From Bugula neritina (taxonomy: Eukaryota; Animalia; Bryozoa), in the NCBI GenBank assembly GCA_964035545.1, contig OZ037770.1, forward strand, positions 7,384,973 to 7,448,972: a stretch of DNA of 64,000 bases, given 5' to 3'. Of this stretch, positions 55,801 to 64,000 are shown one piece after another; within the stretch, counting starts at the first letter, position 1; each line of letters starts with the position of its first letter. Made by a program: the position numbers and the translations under genes. The notes beneath the pieces were generated by a model. That model searched no databases. It was not told the origin of the DNA and saw only the letters and a program-made list of their open reading frames with translations.

Positions 55801-58800
55801 GCGCTGGGCGGGAACTACTAATTTTAATAGCATTATTATTATTGCTGTGGCCTGCGAGTTTGCTACTTGACCTCCAAGCTTTATCAGGTAACTTCAAAAA
55901 TTGTTTAACATTGGTCTTGAAATGGTGCATAGTCTAATTGAAAGTGTGTCAGTTTACTTCATTTAGTACACACCAGCAAATTATGACCTAACATTAAAGT
56001 TTGCTCAAAATCTATTGAAATTTACTATACATGGTATTTCAATGTGCTGGTTTTAACTATGCATAACAGAAAAGGCTGGGAGGGGATTCCCCAACATTAA
56101 AGCACAGGTCATTGTCAGATGCACTTAATATTTTATATGTGTGTGACCGTTACGACAAAACCGTAACGGTTCGTAACCAAAACTAGCTGAATAATTAGGG
56201 AGAAACATGGGAAATGAAGCAAAATTAAAAAGAACTTGGATTATTTAGGTGTATTTATTGGTGTTTTACTAGTTTTGGCCAAAAAACCATGTTCATTATC
56301 AGCTAAATTGTGAAAAATAGCCAAAAACTGAAGATTTCGAGTGTGTACTAAATTAAGTAAAATGACCCAAGTATAATTTTAGGATATCACTTTAAATTTT
56401 TATTACATATTTATAATAATTATAAAAGTAATACTAATACTTACTAATACTAATAGTAATAGTTATAGTAATAGTAATCCTCGGATTAGTAATAGTAATA
56501 CTAATACTAATAGTAATAGTAATGACTAATACTAATAGTAATACTACTACTACTATTAGTATTAGTATTACTATTAGAATACTAATAGTAATAGTAATAG
56601 TATTACTAATATTAATTCACTAATCAGTAATTGTATGATTTCAATTTGTAATAAATATCACATTAAGTTTAACATTATGATTATTTGCATTATAATAATT
56701 AGTATTATTAATATTATCATTATCGTTATTGATCATCATTATGATTGTCACCTATCACTAAATTATATCAGTATTACTATCACTATGATCATGAGTATCA
56801 GTATGACTATCACTATGAGACATGATGATGATTATGAGTATGACGATCAGCATCACTATGAAATATGAATATGATTATAAAATAAATATATTATTGCAGT
56901 TACTGTTAGTATTAGTATGAAATTTAATTATACTTATTAGTTATAAATAGTCATGTTCATAAATATAATATCAATATAAATAATATTATTGAATTTGATA
57001 ACATTGAGTTTCATGAAATATTAAAGTGTTATTAAATGCAAATATTATAATAGTTGATAGTTTTAATCCTGCAATTGTATGATTGATATTCTAAATTACT
57101 GTATTTTACTTTTAGCGTATAACTTCTTGTTTTAGTCTGAGTCGATGGGATGGAGAAGCAGATTTGCTAATGACTTGACAGGTGCTACTGAGGAGTGCTA
57201 GTAGATGTGGCTGTCCTGACATTCTGCAGATTTGCCAAAATTTCTTTATCAATGTTTTTTTAGTCAATCACTATAACTTTTGCTGTAAAATTACATTTCT
57301 GTTCCATTCATATTGTGTTGCTATAATAGAACATATACAATGTTGTTTACCATCGTTATAATCATTCGGGTATTTTGATAATGCCTTGTGGATTTTGTAA
57401 TGTACTATTTGTTTTTTTTAAGTTATAAATCTTCACTCACTGCTCTAGTACTATGTATATACTAGCTATTTTTATCTAATTTAGGCCATTAGTATTATTT
57501 AGGCTAATCTAAACAGCTCATATATTGCCATATAACTTCAATTGTGTAGTTACAACAAGCTGTTGTCACCATTGTATTTTTATTGTTATTAGCAATTATA
57601 AATTACTAGCATGATAATTATCATCAAGTGATAGAATGACCTATTTCCATTGGTTTAGTAGCATTCTAGGCTCCACATGCATAAATGAAAAAAGCATTTC
57701 ATTTGAATTTTGGCGAGTTGCAACACTTAAATGTAAAATTGTCTTCTCTTTGTATTAGAGTACGTACACGGTAGCAAGGCATACAGTTACTAACCAGGCT
57801 AAAATATCATATAATAATTTCAAGTTGTAGAAAAATATAAACAATGTAATTGAAACATTGAATGAATGATGAAATAAATATTTTGTTTTGTTGGTGTAAA
57901 GTGGCGATAACTTCAAGTAGTAAATAATATTCAGCTTGAGAACTAGATTATATACCAAAGATTAGCTGCTAGTATAATAAAAGAAAAGTACATTGGAGAA
58001 AACAGCAGTTAAGCAGAAGTTCTACAAACATTCTTTCTGCGAATGGTTTCGCTAATGTAGCTTTAAAATCTTAGTGTGTTATTAGTTACTAAGGCTAATA
58101 CTTTGACCGATGCGTGTTCGGTAACCACGAGTACCCTGGGTACGCGTAGGGGTAACTACCTATTGTATCGCTTACACTCGTTTACAAAAATGACGCAATG
58201 TTAGAGTAAAATTACTGTAATTGCTCGAATAATTGCGCCCTACGCGTGATGGTTACCGAATGGTCATCGCGTAGGGCCTACAGTTACCCCTTCGCGTAGG
58301 GAATCCGAAAGCGCCCTAAGAGAAAACAAATTATTAAGCAATACATTGGTTTACAGTATATATTTAGGGACAGTTCAGCTTGATATTCTTCTTAGAGTAG
58401 AAAAAAAAGCAAAAATAAACTTGAATACTCAATACTCACATAAAGAGAGGACTTTTAAAACCCAAACAGCACAAGCATCAGTATCTGAAGGTGTCACATA
58501 CATCCGCTCAAGTAGAGTGCTCAACACAAAAGACAGCATACCACATTTACGTAGCACATCGCATACTGGATATGTTGTGGATCGAACTGTTTTCGGCAAT
58601 GAAAAATTACCAACATCTACAATTAACGTCATAAAACAATTGCATATATTACAAGTCATATATTATGTGTTACAGAGAAAAGTAATACTAGGCATTTGAC
58701 AGTCTGTTAACCATAAAGTCTATCAAAATAATTTGGAGATACATTTACCTCAATGCTGAATAACTATCATATCAATCAACTCACATCAAACACAGTCCAA

Positions 58801-61800
58801 CTAAAACATTAAATTTCTCAATAAAGGGTTACAAGACTTAATGACCAATTTGTTTGCCAGCAAAATATACCACAATGCTAGAGAGATGCGTTGTGCATAC
58901 CGCCTGTATATTTTACATCTGCAGCATTCTTAGAGCCAATTGAATATTGGCAAACAGAAAGCTATTTTAGTCACTAAACTCTAAAGACTGGTAAAAAAAC
59001 CAGTGGTTCCCAACCTGGGGGAATTTCTCCCTAGGAGGGAATTTGCATTTTGAAAAATTCATGAAATTTGTTGGAGGCTTTTTGAGCTCTTGCAAGTTAC
59101 ATGTATATGCATATCTATAAATCTTCATTTTAGTTCATCCATTTAACCAAACCATATTCTGCAATCTCAGTTTACTTGTACATGAATGTGTTTATTGATT
59201 ACTCTACCCTAACTTTTCTCTGTACCATTTGGCATGGAGGTTTAAAAAATTTGCAAAGACCAACAGCGGCCAACTTTCAGCAACCATGCAAGTCAATTTC
59301 TATAAACTGTATACTACATAACTAGTGAATATACTTTCTACACTAAATATTCTGAACATAAAAAAGCACGAGAACAATCATCATATCATTGCTTTTCATA
59401 GCAGCAGCAATGTTTTTAAAGTTACACTAAAGTTACATTAAAGTTAGAATATGCACTAAGGTTCTAGCTCCAAAATTGGAACTTCATTTTAGACAGTAAT
59501 TTTCAGGTTTATTTTTGCTATTTTGATAATATTTTTGCAATGATAAACAGCCCCTTTGACATAAATGCCAAAAAGCTCTTACAAATAAATGCAGCCGCTG
59601 TCAGATTTTCAAATATCTATGTTTTGGTTCCCCACAATCGAAAACTAGTACAAATATATTGAATATTGATTAAAAGGCAGTCTAAATTCTTAAAAGAAAA
59701 AGCAAAACCATTATTTATAATATTACAAGGGCTGCCTTAAAAATATTTAGTTTCACTATCTGGTTAACATGTGTGAATTAGATTTCATGTGACTGAATAA
59801 AAATAGTTGCAAAATTGATTGAAATAGCAATTTCAATCAATACAATATTGATCTGAAATTTGGAAGAATTGTTGCTTCTAAAGCCCAGTGTAGCACCAAC
59901 GCTACATGACTTTTTGAAAGCCTGAATATTGCTGTTGAGTCAAGTTTAGCATTTAGCAATTGGTGCACATTTTTAACAACACGTTTACTATTGGTTTATA
60001 TAATAAAAAACAGAATTCCTTTCTGTCCTGAAAAAAACTTGAACAAAATAATGCTATCCTAAATATGTGTTTCACGAACTAGGTGAATGTCAAATTCTAA
60101 ACTTGATGCTATAGTCATACAAATTGACTAATTATATAAAAAATGGTATGTATAAGTAAAACATGCCTAAAATTAAATTTTACAAAAGTATTTTATAATT
60201 TATTATCATTTCCAATAGATATATATCCATTGAAAGTTGATGTAGCGTATATGCTACACCGGGCCTAACAGGGTTAATGAGAAAACACAGGTTTGAAGAT
60301 CGTTAAAGCGTACCAGAGATGGGAAAAGCTTTAAGAGATTCAACAAAGTAGTTGACCACTTCTTCTAGCACCACAGACAGCCGGATAAACCTAAAAGAAA
60401 AATGAGACATCAGTTAATAACATCAGTAATTAACAAACCCAATTCTTTGAAATCCTTATTCAACGCAACTTCTTCTCAAAGTAAATAAAGGCGTGACAAA
60501 AGCTAGGTGCTAAGTTACAGTTCTAATGAGTAGAACACAAGTTAAGTCAACTTACTTTAAAACTACATATTAAAAATGTACTCAAAACTCACTTTGTATA
60601 AGAGAATAAAACCTTTATGTTTTCTTTTCTTTGATCTGCCTACAACGCAAACCATAAGGTATGTAAAGTTACTTGCACAACTTGAAATATCTGACAGTAG
60701 TGCATGGTGCTAGAAATATCTGACAGTAGTGCATGGTGCTAGAAAGATCTGACAGTAGTGCATGGTGCTAGAAAGATCTGACAGTAGTGCATGGTGCTAG
60801 AAATATCTGACAGTAGTGCATGGTGCTAGAAAGATCTGACAGTAGTGCATGGTGCTAGAAAGATCTGACAGTAGTGCATGGTGCTAGAAATATCTGACAG
60901 TAGTGCATGGTGCTAGAAAGATCTGACAGTAGTGCATGGTGCTAGAAATATCTGACAGTAGTGCATGGTGCTAGAAAGATCTGACAGTAGTGCATGGTGC
61001 TAGAAATATCTGACAGCAGTGCATGGTGCTAGAAATATCTGACAGCAGTGCATGGTGCTAGAAAGATCTGACAGTAGTGCATAGTGCTAGAAAGATCTGA
61101 CAGTAGTGCAAAGTGCTAGAAATATCTGACAGTAGTGCATAGTGCTAGAAATATCTGACAGTAGTGCATGGTGCTAGAAATATCTGACAGTAGTGCATGG
61201 TGCTAGAAATATCTGACAGTAGTGCATGGTGCTAGGAAGATCTGACAGTAGTGCATGGTGCTAGAAATATCTGACAGTAGTGCATGGTGCTAGAAATATC
61301 TGACAGTAGTGCAAAGTGCTAGAAATATCTGAGAGTAGTGCATGGTGCTAGGAAGATCTGACAGTAGTGCAAAGTGCTAGAAATATCTGACAGTAGTGCA
61401 TGGTGCTAGAAATATCTGACAGTAGTGCATAGTGCTAGAAAGATCTGACAGTAGTGCATGGTGCTAGAAATATCTGACAGTAGTGCATGGTGCTAGAAAT
61501 ATCTGACAGTAGTGCAAAGTGCTAGAAATATCTGACAGTAGTGCAAAGTGCTAGAAATATCTGACAGTAGTGCATGGTGCTAGGAAGAGGCATTCTTAAA
61601 GAGTCAAAAACTTGCAGCTCAAATTTTTAAGGCTTGCATGATTTAAATGCTACTAGAGCTAAAAGTATATTCAATATAATTTCATATTTTCCCAGCACTG
61701 ATCTTCTCAAAATATCCAATACTGTCTTATACAATGCTGATTCAGCACCAATGGCATGTGCCAATGCGCAGGGTAACATGAACTATTATGCAACTGAGTA

Positions 61801-63499
61801 TGCAACTAGACATTGAAATACTTACAAAGTCACTAGTATTATTCAATACTCCTCTTATGTACTGGCGGATTTCAGACAGGGAAGGTTTGTCCACTCTGTT
61901 AGAGTCCAATAGCCAAAAGTGTTCCTGCAAACATTTAGAAAAAAGCAATATGTGTATTTCCTAGAGAACTGCTACCTACAGTATCTTCTGTCTGCAGATA
62001 AAAGCTCCTGTATATACAAGAAATACTTACACAGACATAGGTTTTAGCAAAGAGCAGAGCTTTATTAAGCATTGCCAAAGAAGGTAGTCGCTTATGCACG
62101 ATTTCATGTCTGAGATCTACTATCCAATCTGGGATGCCAATCTGTAAAACCACACACTGTGTGCATTATAGATGGCATTATGGAGAAAATGGTGTAGTTT
62201 AGACCACCAGTGTAAAGTAAATCTGTAAAATCTCAGTAACAAATACTTTTTAAATAAAGCCAAATACCTGAAATGAGATATATTGTCTAATTGCTAACAG
62301 CAAAGTTAAGTACAGTTCAAGTCAATGCATAATAAATATTGGCTGCTACTAACTTTCCTACTAGCCTTGCATATGGTTTGTATGATGACTTCACTGGGCA
62401 GTTCAGTCACATGAAAAATTTGCCCTGATGTTGCTAGTAAGAGTAAACTTTGGCATAATCCCACAGTATAAGTTGCCTTACCTTAGCAGCTAATTCTAAT
62501 ACAGATGATCTTTCTATCTTTTCTTTAAGAGAACCTTCAGTTAGCAAATTCACAAACCTGAGAAAACAAATGTTTAGTTGCAGAAACACTATTATATCTA
62601 TGGTTTCCCATAGATATAATAGAGGTGGAGACTACAATGTTACCCTACATGGTTTACCGATAATAATGACAGCAGCTAATGCATTTCTAAGACGGTAAGT
62701 ACGTAATGTTTTAATAAGCAAGCACGTAATGTTTTAACAAGGGAAATGTATAATACTCAAATAAGATCAGTGTATTGTAACATGGACTACCTGGTTATTA
62801 GACCCTTACCTTACAATTGTGAGAGATGATGAATGAATGATGTCATTTAGACTCCCACCAGTTTCTCCTACTGTTATATTAACCATATTACCAAGTATTG
62901 CCAATGAGATATCAAATATATCTTGGAGTCGTGCACCCTGCCTAATACATAAACACAGGTCTCGCAATAGAAGCTTCTATAGCGAGCAATCGACAATAAG
63001 TTGGTATTAATTACAATGAAGGTGTTTGCTCTAATTTTCTCCCAACTTATAGGAAGATGGGTGGGTGAAGGAATGTGACCTGGAGTTGCTTTACTTTACA
63101 TCAACCCTTTAACTTTGTGCCTTAAAAATACTTTTATCTGGGCTATGCGTAATGTAGATTAATTTATTCTGCTGTCGAGATAAGCAGTGAACAACACTCA
63201 CCGACTTTTCCAGATTATTAGCCTATCTTTAGCGATTTTCCAATTTTCGACATTTGAGCTTGCCATGAGACTCCCAACATTATAAAACTCATCACTGTAG
63301 TTACAACGTCTCTTGTTATATGACATAAAGCACAATCCATGAGCATATAATATTAAAAACAAGAGAATCTACATTAGCCTACAAACATAAGTGATTCATT
63401 TTCATCATTGGTTACAAGTGTAATATTGTCTGTGGTATTTTAAGCATGCGAATTCATGGGCAAAAATACGTTGAAGGTTGCAGTCCGCATAGACGACAT
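46651..63499 (-). CDS. LAS1L: LAS1-like ribosomal biogenesis factor (HEPN endoribonuclease), 12 coding exons, 1380 nt, ~459 aa
   Basis: Exons 63499-63450, 63294-63202, 62941-62810, 62557-62482, 62141-62031, 61924-61826, 60639-60593, 60390-60314, 58616-58440, 55258-55168, 55014-54794, 46856-46651 join in frame. Las1 motifs: WKSR, IVRFVN, IPDWIVDLRHEIVHKRLP (HEPN RxxxxH) and C-terminal WQLAD-DIDW..LG.LPG. Confidence 0.88.
47756..50532 (+). mobile_element. Second Gypsy copy (related family): 5'-truncated, decayed integrase and 3' LTR, antisense within the last LAS1L intron
   Basis: ORFs 47775-48155, 48299-48505 and 48672-48986 align with the integrase at 40.7-42.2 kb (WFWPGMTR, VAVDLVGPMPT, LPQIMRAY, QNEARLK.YWAS). 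Confidence 0.88.
49211..50532 (+). repeat. 3' LTR (~1.3 kb) of the second Gypsy copy
   Basis: Starts TGTAATCAC after AGCAGGGGCGTTA and is homologous to the LTR at 40629-40250. The end is inferred at ..AATGACA where GC content drops. Confidence 0.6.
50655..50702 (+). repeat. Short 12-bp tandem repeat (ACTCACTTAGCT) x4
   Basis: Read directly; one degenerate copy. Confidence 0.7.
51545..51950 (+). mobile_element. LTR (406 bp) of an unrelated LTR retrotransposon, preceded by a polypurine tract
   Basis: Termini TGTGGTGAATT...AATTCACAACA form a 10/11 inverted match. G-rich PPT ATAGGTGGGGGG lies immediately upstream. Upstream ~51100-51530 may be decayed internal sequence. Confidence 0.65.
53197..54675 (+). 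mobile_element. Decayed, internally deleted hAT (Buster/Charlie-like) DNA transposon
   Basis: TIR-like GGTTCGCAACCTGGGG. Transposase relics AYPVDIF, INAFKAKLKLW (~53540) and MPFSTTLSC..MLTIKIKKKN (~53750). The right end AAAAAGGTTG..CTG is degenerate. Confidence 0.65.
53992..54529 (+). mobile_element. Solo LTR (538 bp) with 5-bp TSD AACAA, nested in the hAT relic
   Basis: Perfect 9-bp inverted termini TGTCACAAA/TTTGTGACA. AACAA at 53987-53991 and 54530-54534. TATAAAT at ~54312 and AATAAA at ~54399. Confidence 0.88.
54794..55014 (-). CDS. LAS1L: LAS1L exon 11 (LAKLLNLTLSDDL..VWQLAD)
   Basis: Acceptor gatgtag (phase 2), donor GTTAGT (phase 1); open frame. Confidence 0.72.
55168..55258 (-). CDS. 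LAS1L: LAS1L exon 10 (SGSYIDENSLSDKLLRVFLLVPSLFSSVD)
   Basis: Acceptor cttgtatag, donor GTAAGA; 91 nt; phases 1/2 fit the neighbouring exons. Confidence 0.72.
55572..58316. mobile_element. Non-autonomous PIF/Harbinger DNA transposon (2745 bp) in LAS1L intron 9
   Basis: 24-bp TIRs GGGCGCTTTCGGATTCC(T/C)TACGCG (23/24 match) flanked by 3-bp TSD TAA at 55569-71 and 58317-19. No intact ORF. Confidence 0.9.
56428..56900. repeat. Low-complexity AATAGT/AATACT and ATC/ATG microsatellite tract
   Basis: Hexamer and trimer repeats in both orientations. Confidence 0.8.
58440..58616 (-). CDS. LAS1L: LAS1L exon 9 (DVGNFSLPK..WVLKVLSL)
   Basis: Acceptor aattgtag, donor GTGAGT; 177 nt; phases 1/1. Confidence 0.75.
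59001..59460 (+). mobile_element. Second decayed copy of the hAT family
   Basis: CAGTGGTTCCCAACCTGGGGGAATTT..GCTTTTTGAGCTCTT matches 53200-53296. The right end is not defined. Confidence 0.6.
59875..60273. mobile_element. piggyBac-like MITE relic
   Basis: Inverted repeats GCCCAGTGTAGCACCAACGCTACA (59883-59906) and TGTAGCGTATATGCTACACCGGGC (60241-60264). The right end is ..CAGGG-TTAA; the left terminus is decayed. Confidence 0.55.
60314..60390 (-). CDS. LAS1L: LAS1L exon 8 (FIRLSVVLEEVVNYFVESLKAFPIS)
   Basis: Strong acceptor tttttcttttag, donor GTACGC; 77 nt; phases 2/1. Confidence 0.72.
60593..60639 (-). CDS. LAS1L: LAS1L exon 7 (ADQRKENIKVLFSYT)
   Basis: Acceptor gttgtag, donor GTGAGT; 47 nt; phases 0/2. 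Confidence 0.7.
60684..61582 (+). repeat. 29-bp minisatellite GAAA(T/G)ATCTGACAGTAGTGCATGGTGCTA x31 in LAS1L intron 6
   Basis: 899 bp = 31 x 29; substitution variants only. Confidence 0.95.
61826..61924 (-). CDS. LAS1L: LAS1L exon 6 (EHFWLLDSNR..NTSDF)
   Basis: Acceptor tttgcag, donor GTAAGT; 99 nt; phases 0/0. Confidence 0.82.
62031..62141 (-). CDS. LAS1L: LAS1L exon 5 with the HEPN catalytic motif (IGIPDWIVDLRHEIVHKRLPSL..)
   Basis: Acceptor ttttacag, donor GTAAGT; 111 nt; hallmark Las1 motif. Confidence 0.93.
62482..62557 (-). CDS. LAS1L: LAS1L exon 4 (FVNLLTEGSLKEKIERSSVLELAAK)
   Basis: Acceptor ttttctcag, donor GTAAGG; 76 nt; RFVN motif. Confidence 0.9.
62810..62941 (-). CDS. LAS1L: LAS1L exon 3 (QGARLQDIFDISLAIL..SLTIVR)
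   Basis: Acceptor tgtattag, donor GTAAGG; 132 nt; phases 2/2. Confidence 0.85.
63202..63294 (-). CDS. LAS1L: LAS1L exon 2 (DEFYNVGSLM..DRLIIWKSR)
   Basis: Acceptor ctacag, donor GTGAGT; 93 nt; WxSR motif. Confidence 0.85.
63450..63499 (-). CDS. LAS1L: Probable LAS1L first coding exon (MSSMRTATFNVFLPMNS), requiring a GC donor
   Basis: ATG at 63499; 50 nt gives the required phase 2; the donor would be GCATGC. Confidence 0.5.
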
Positions 63500-63606
63500 T
63501 ATTTAAAAATATATTATTAGAAAAAAAATTAAATTGAATGACATTAATTTGATACTAAGCTGCATTTCTTTTGATTTCATGCGAATCCATGTGCACATGC
63601 GTCTAA

Positions 63607-63664
63607 CTGAAGCCATGTACAGGTGTATATCTGAAGCCATGTACAGGTGTATATCTGAAGCCAT
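63607..63664 (+). repeat. 24-bp tandem repeat (CTGAAGCCATGTACAGGTGTATAT) x2.4 upstream of LAS1L
   Basis: Read directly; two perfect copies plus a partial third. Confidence 0.85.
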
Positions 63665-64000
63665 ATGCCTATTAGGACTCATTGAAACTATTGCTACAAC
63701 AGTTTGCCGATGCCATAAGATGCCTAAGCTTTTGGAAATAATGTATTACACTTTTTTAGACTTTTCTTCTACATACTATTCATTCAATTTCAAAGTTTAA
63801 AGTAGTCAAATATATTTTAATATCATCTGCACATATTATATTGGATAGCAATATTTGGAGTTATATAAATGGAATTTGGTCATCTAACTGGAAGCCGTCT
63901 ATTTGAAATGACAACACGTGGAAAGTGGTCCTTTGCATAACCTTGATTTAATTAATCATAGGGCTGGTAAATAAACCTAATTAAAACTCACTCTGATGCC

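Noticed and set aside
56635-56868. 77-aa Ile/His/Asp-rich ORF
   Set aside because: Translation of low-complexity ATC/ATT/GAT repeats.
57130-57240. Possible Harbinger transposase remnant (GW..AND-like)
   Set aside because: Too short and degenerate to support without an alignment.
60684-61582. CRISPR array (29-bp repeats)
   Set aside because: Head-to-tail repeats with no spacers, no cas genes, eukaryotic intron.
61630-61782. Possible extra LAS1L exon (FMLPCALAHAIGAESALYK..)
   Set aside because: Needs a 43-nt intron and has no convincing donor; exon 6 joins exon 7 in phase without it.

Overview
Eukaryotic (AT-rich invertebrate-type) DNA at a satellite-to-gene boundary. Positions 1-39.5 kb are all tandem repeat. 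A 20-21 bp TTAGGC-containing satellite (A, 1-6810) is followed by a ~30 kb satellite with a strict 10-bp phase and kb-scale higher-order duplications (B, 6811-36697). Satellite A then returns in inverted orientation and grades into a modular 108/128/148 bp repeat (C, to ~39518). Positions 39.6-46 kb hold a decayed Gypsy LTR retrotransposon with its reverse transcriptase deleted in frame, and a 5'-truncated Penelope-like element (GIY-YIG) with a short 5' inversion and a minimal hammerhead ribozyme. Positions 46.6-63.5 kb hold a 12-exon LAS1L gene on the minus strand (~459 aa, hand-assembled, all splice phases consistent). Its introns carry a second Gypsy fragment, LTRs, hAT, Harbinger and piggyBac-like relics and a 29-bp minisatellite. 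The many Cys-rich ORFs over satellite B are artefacts. All calls are by eye; no searches were run.
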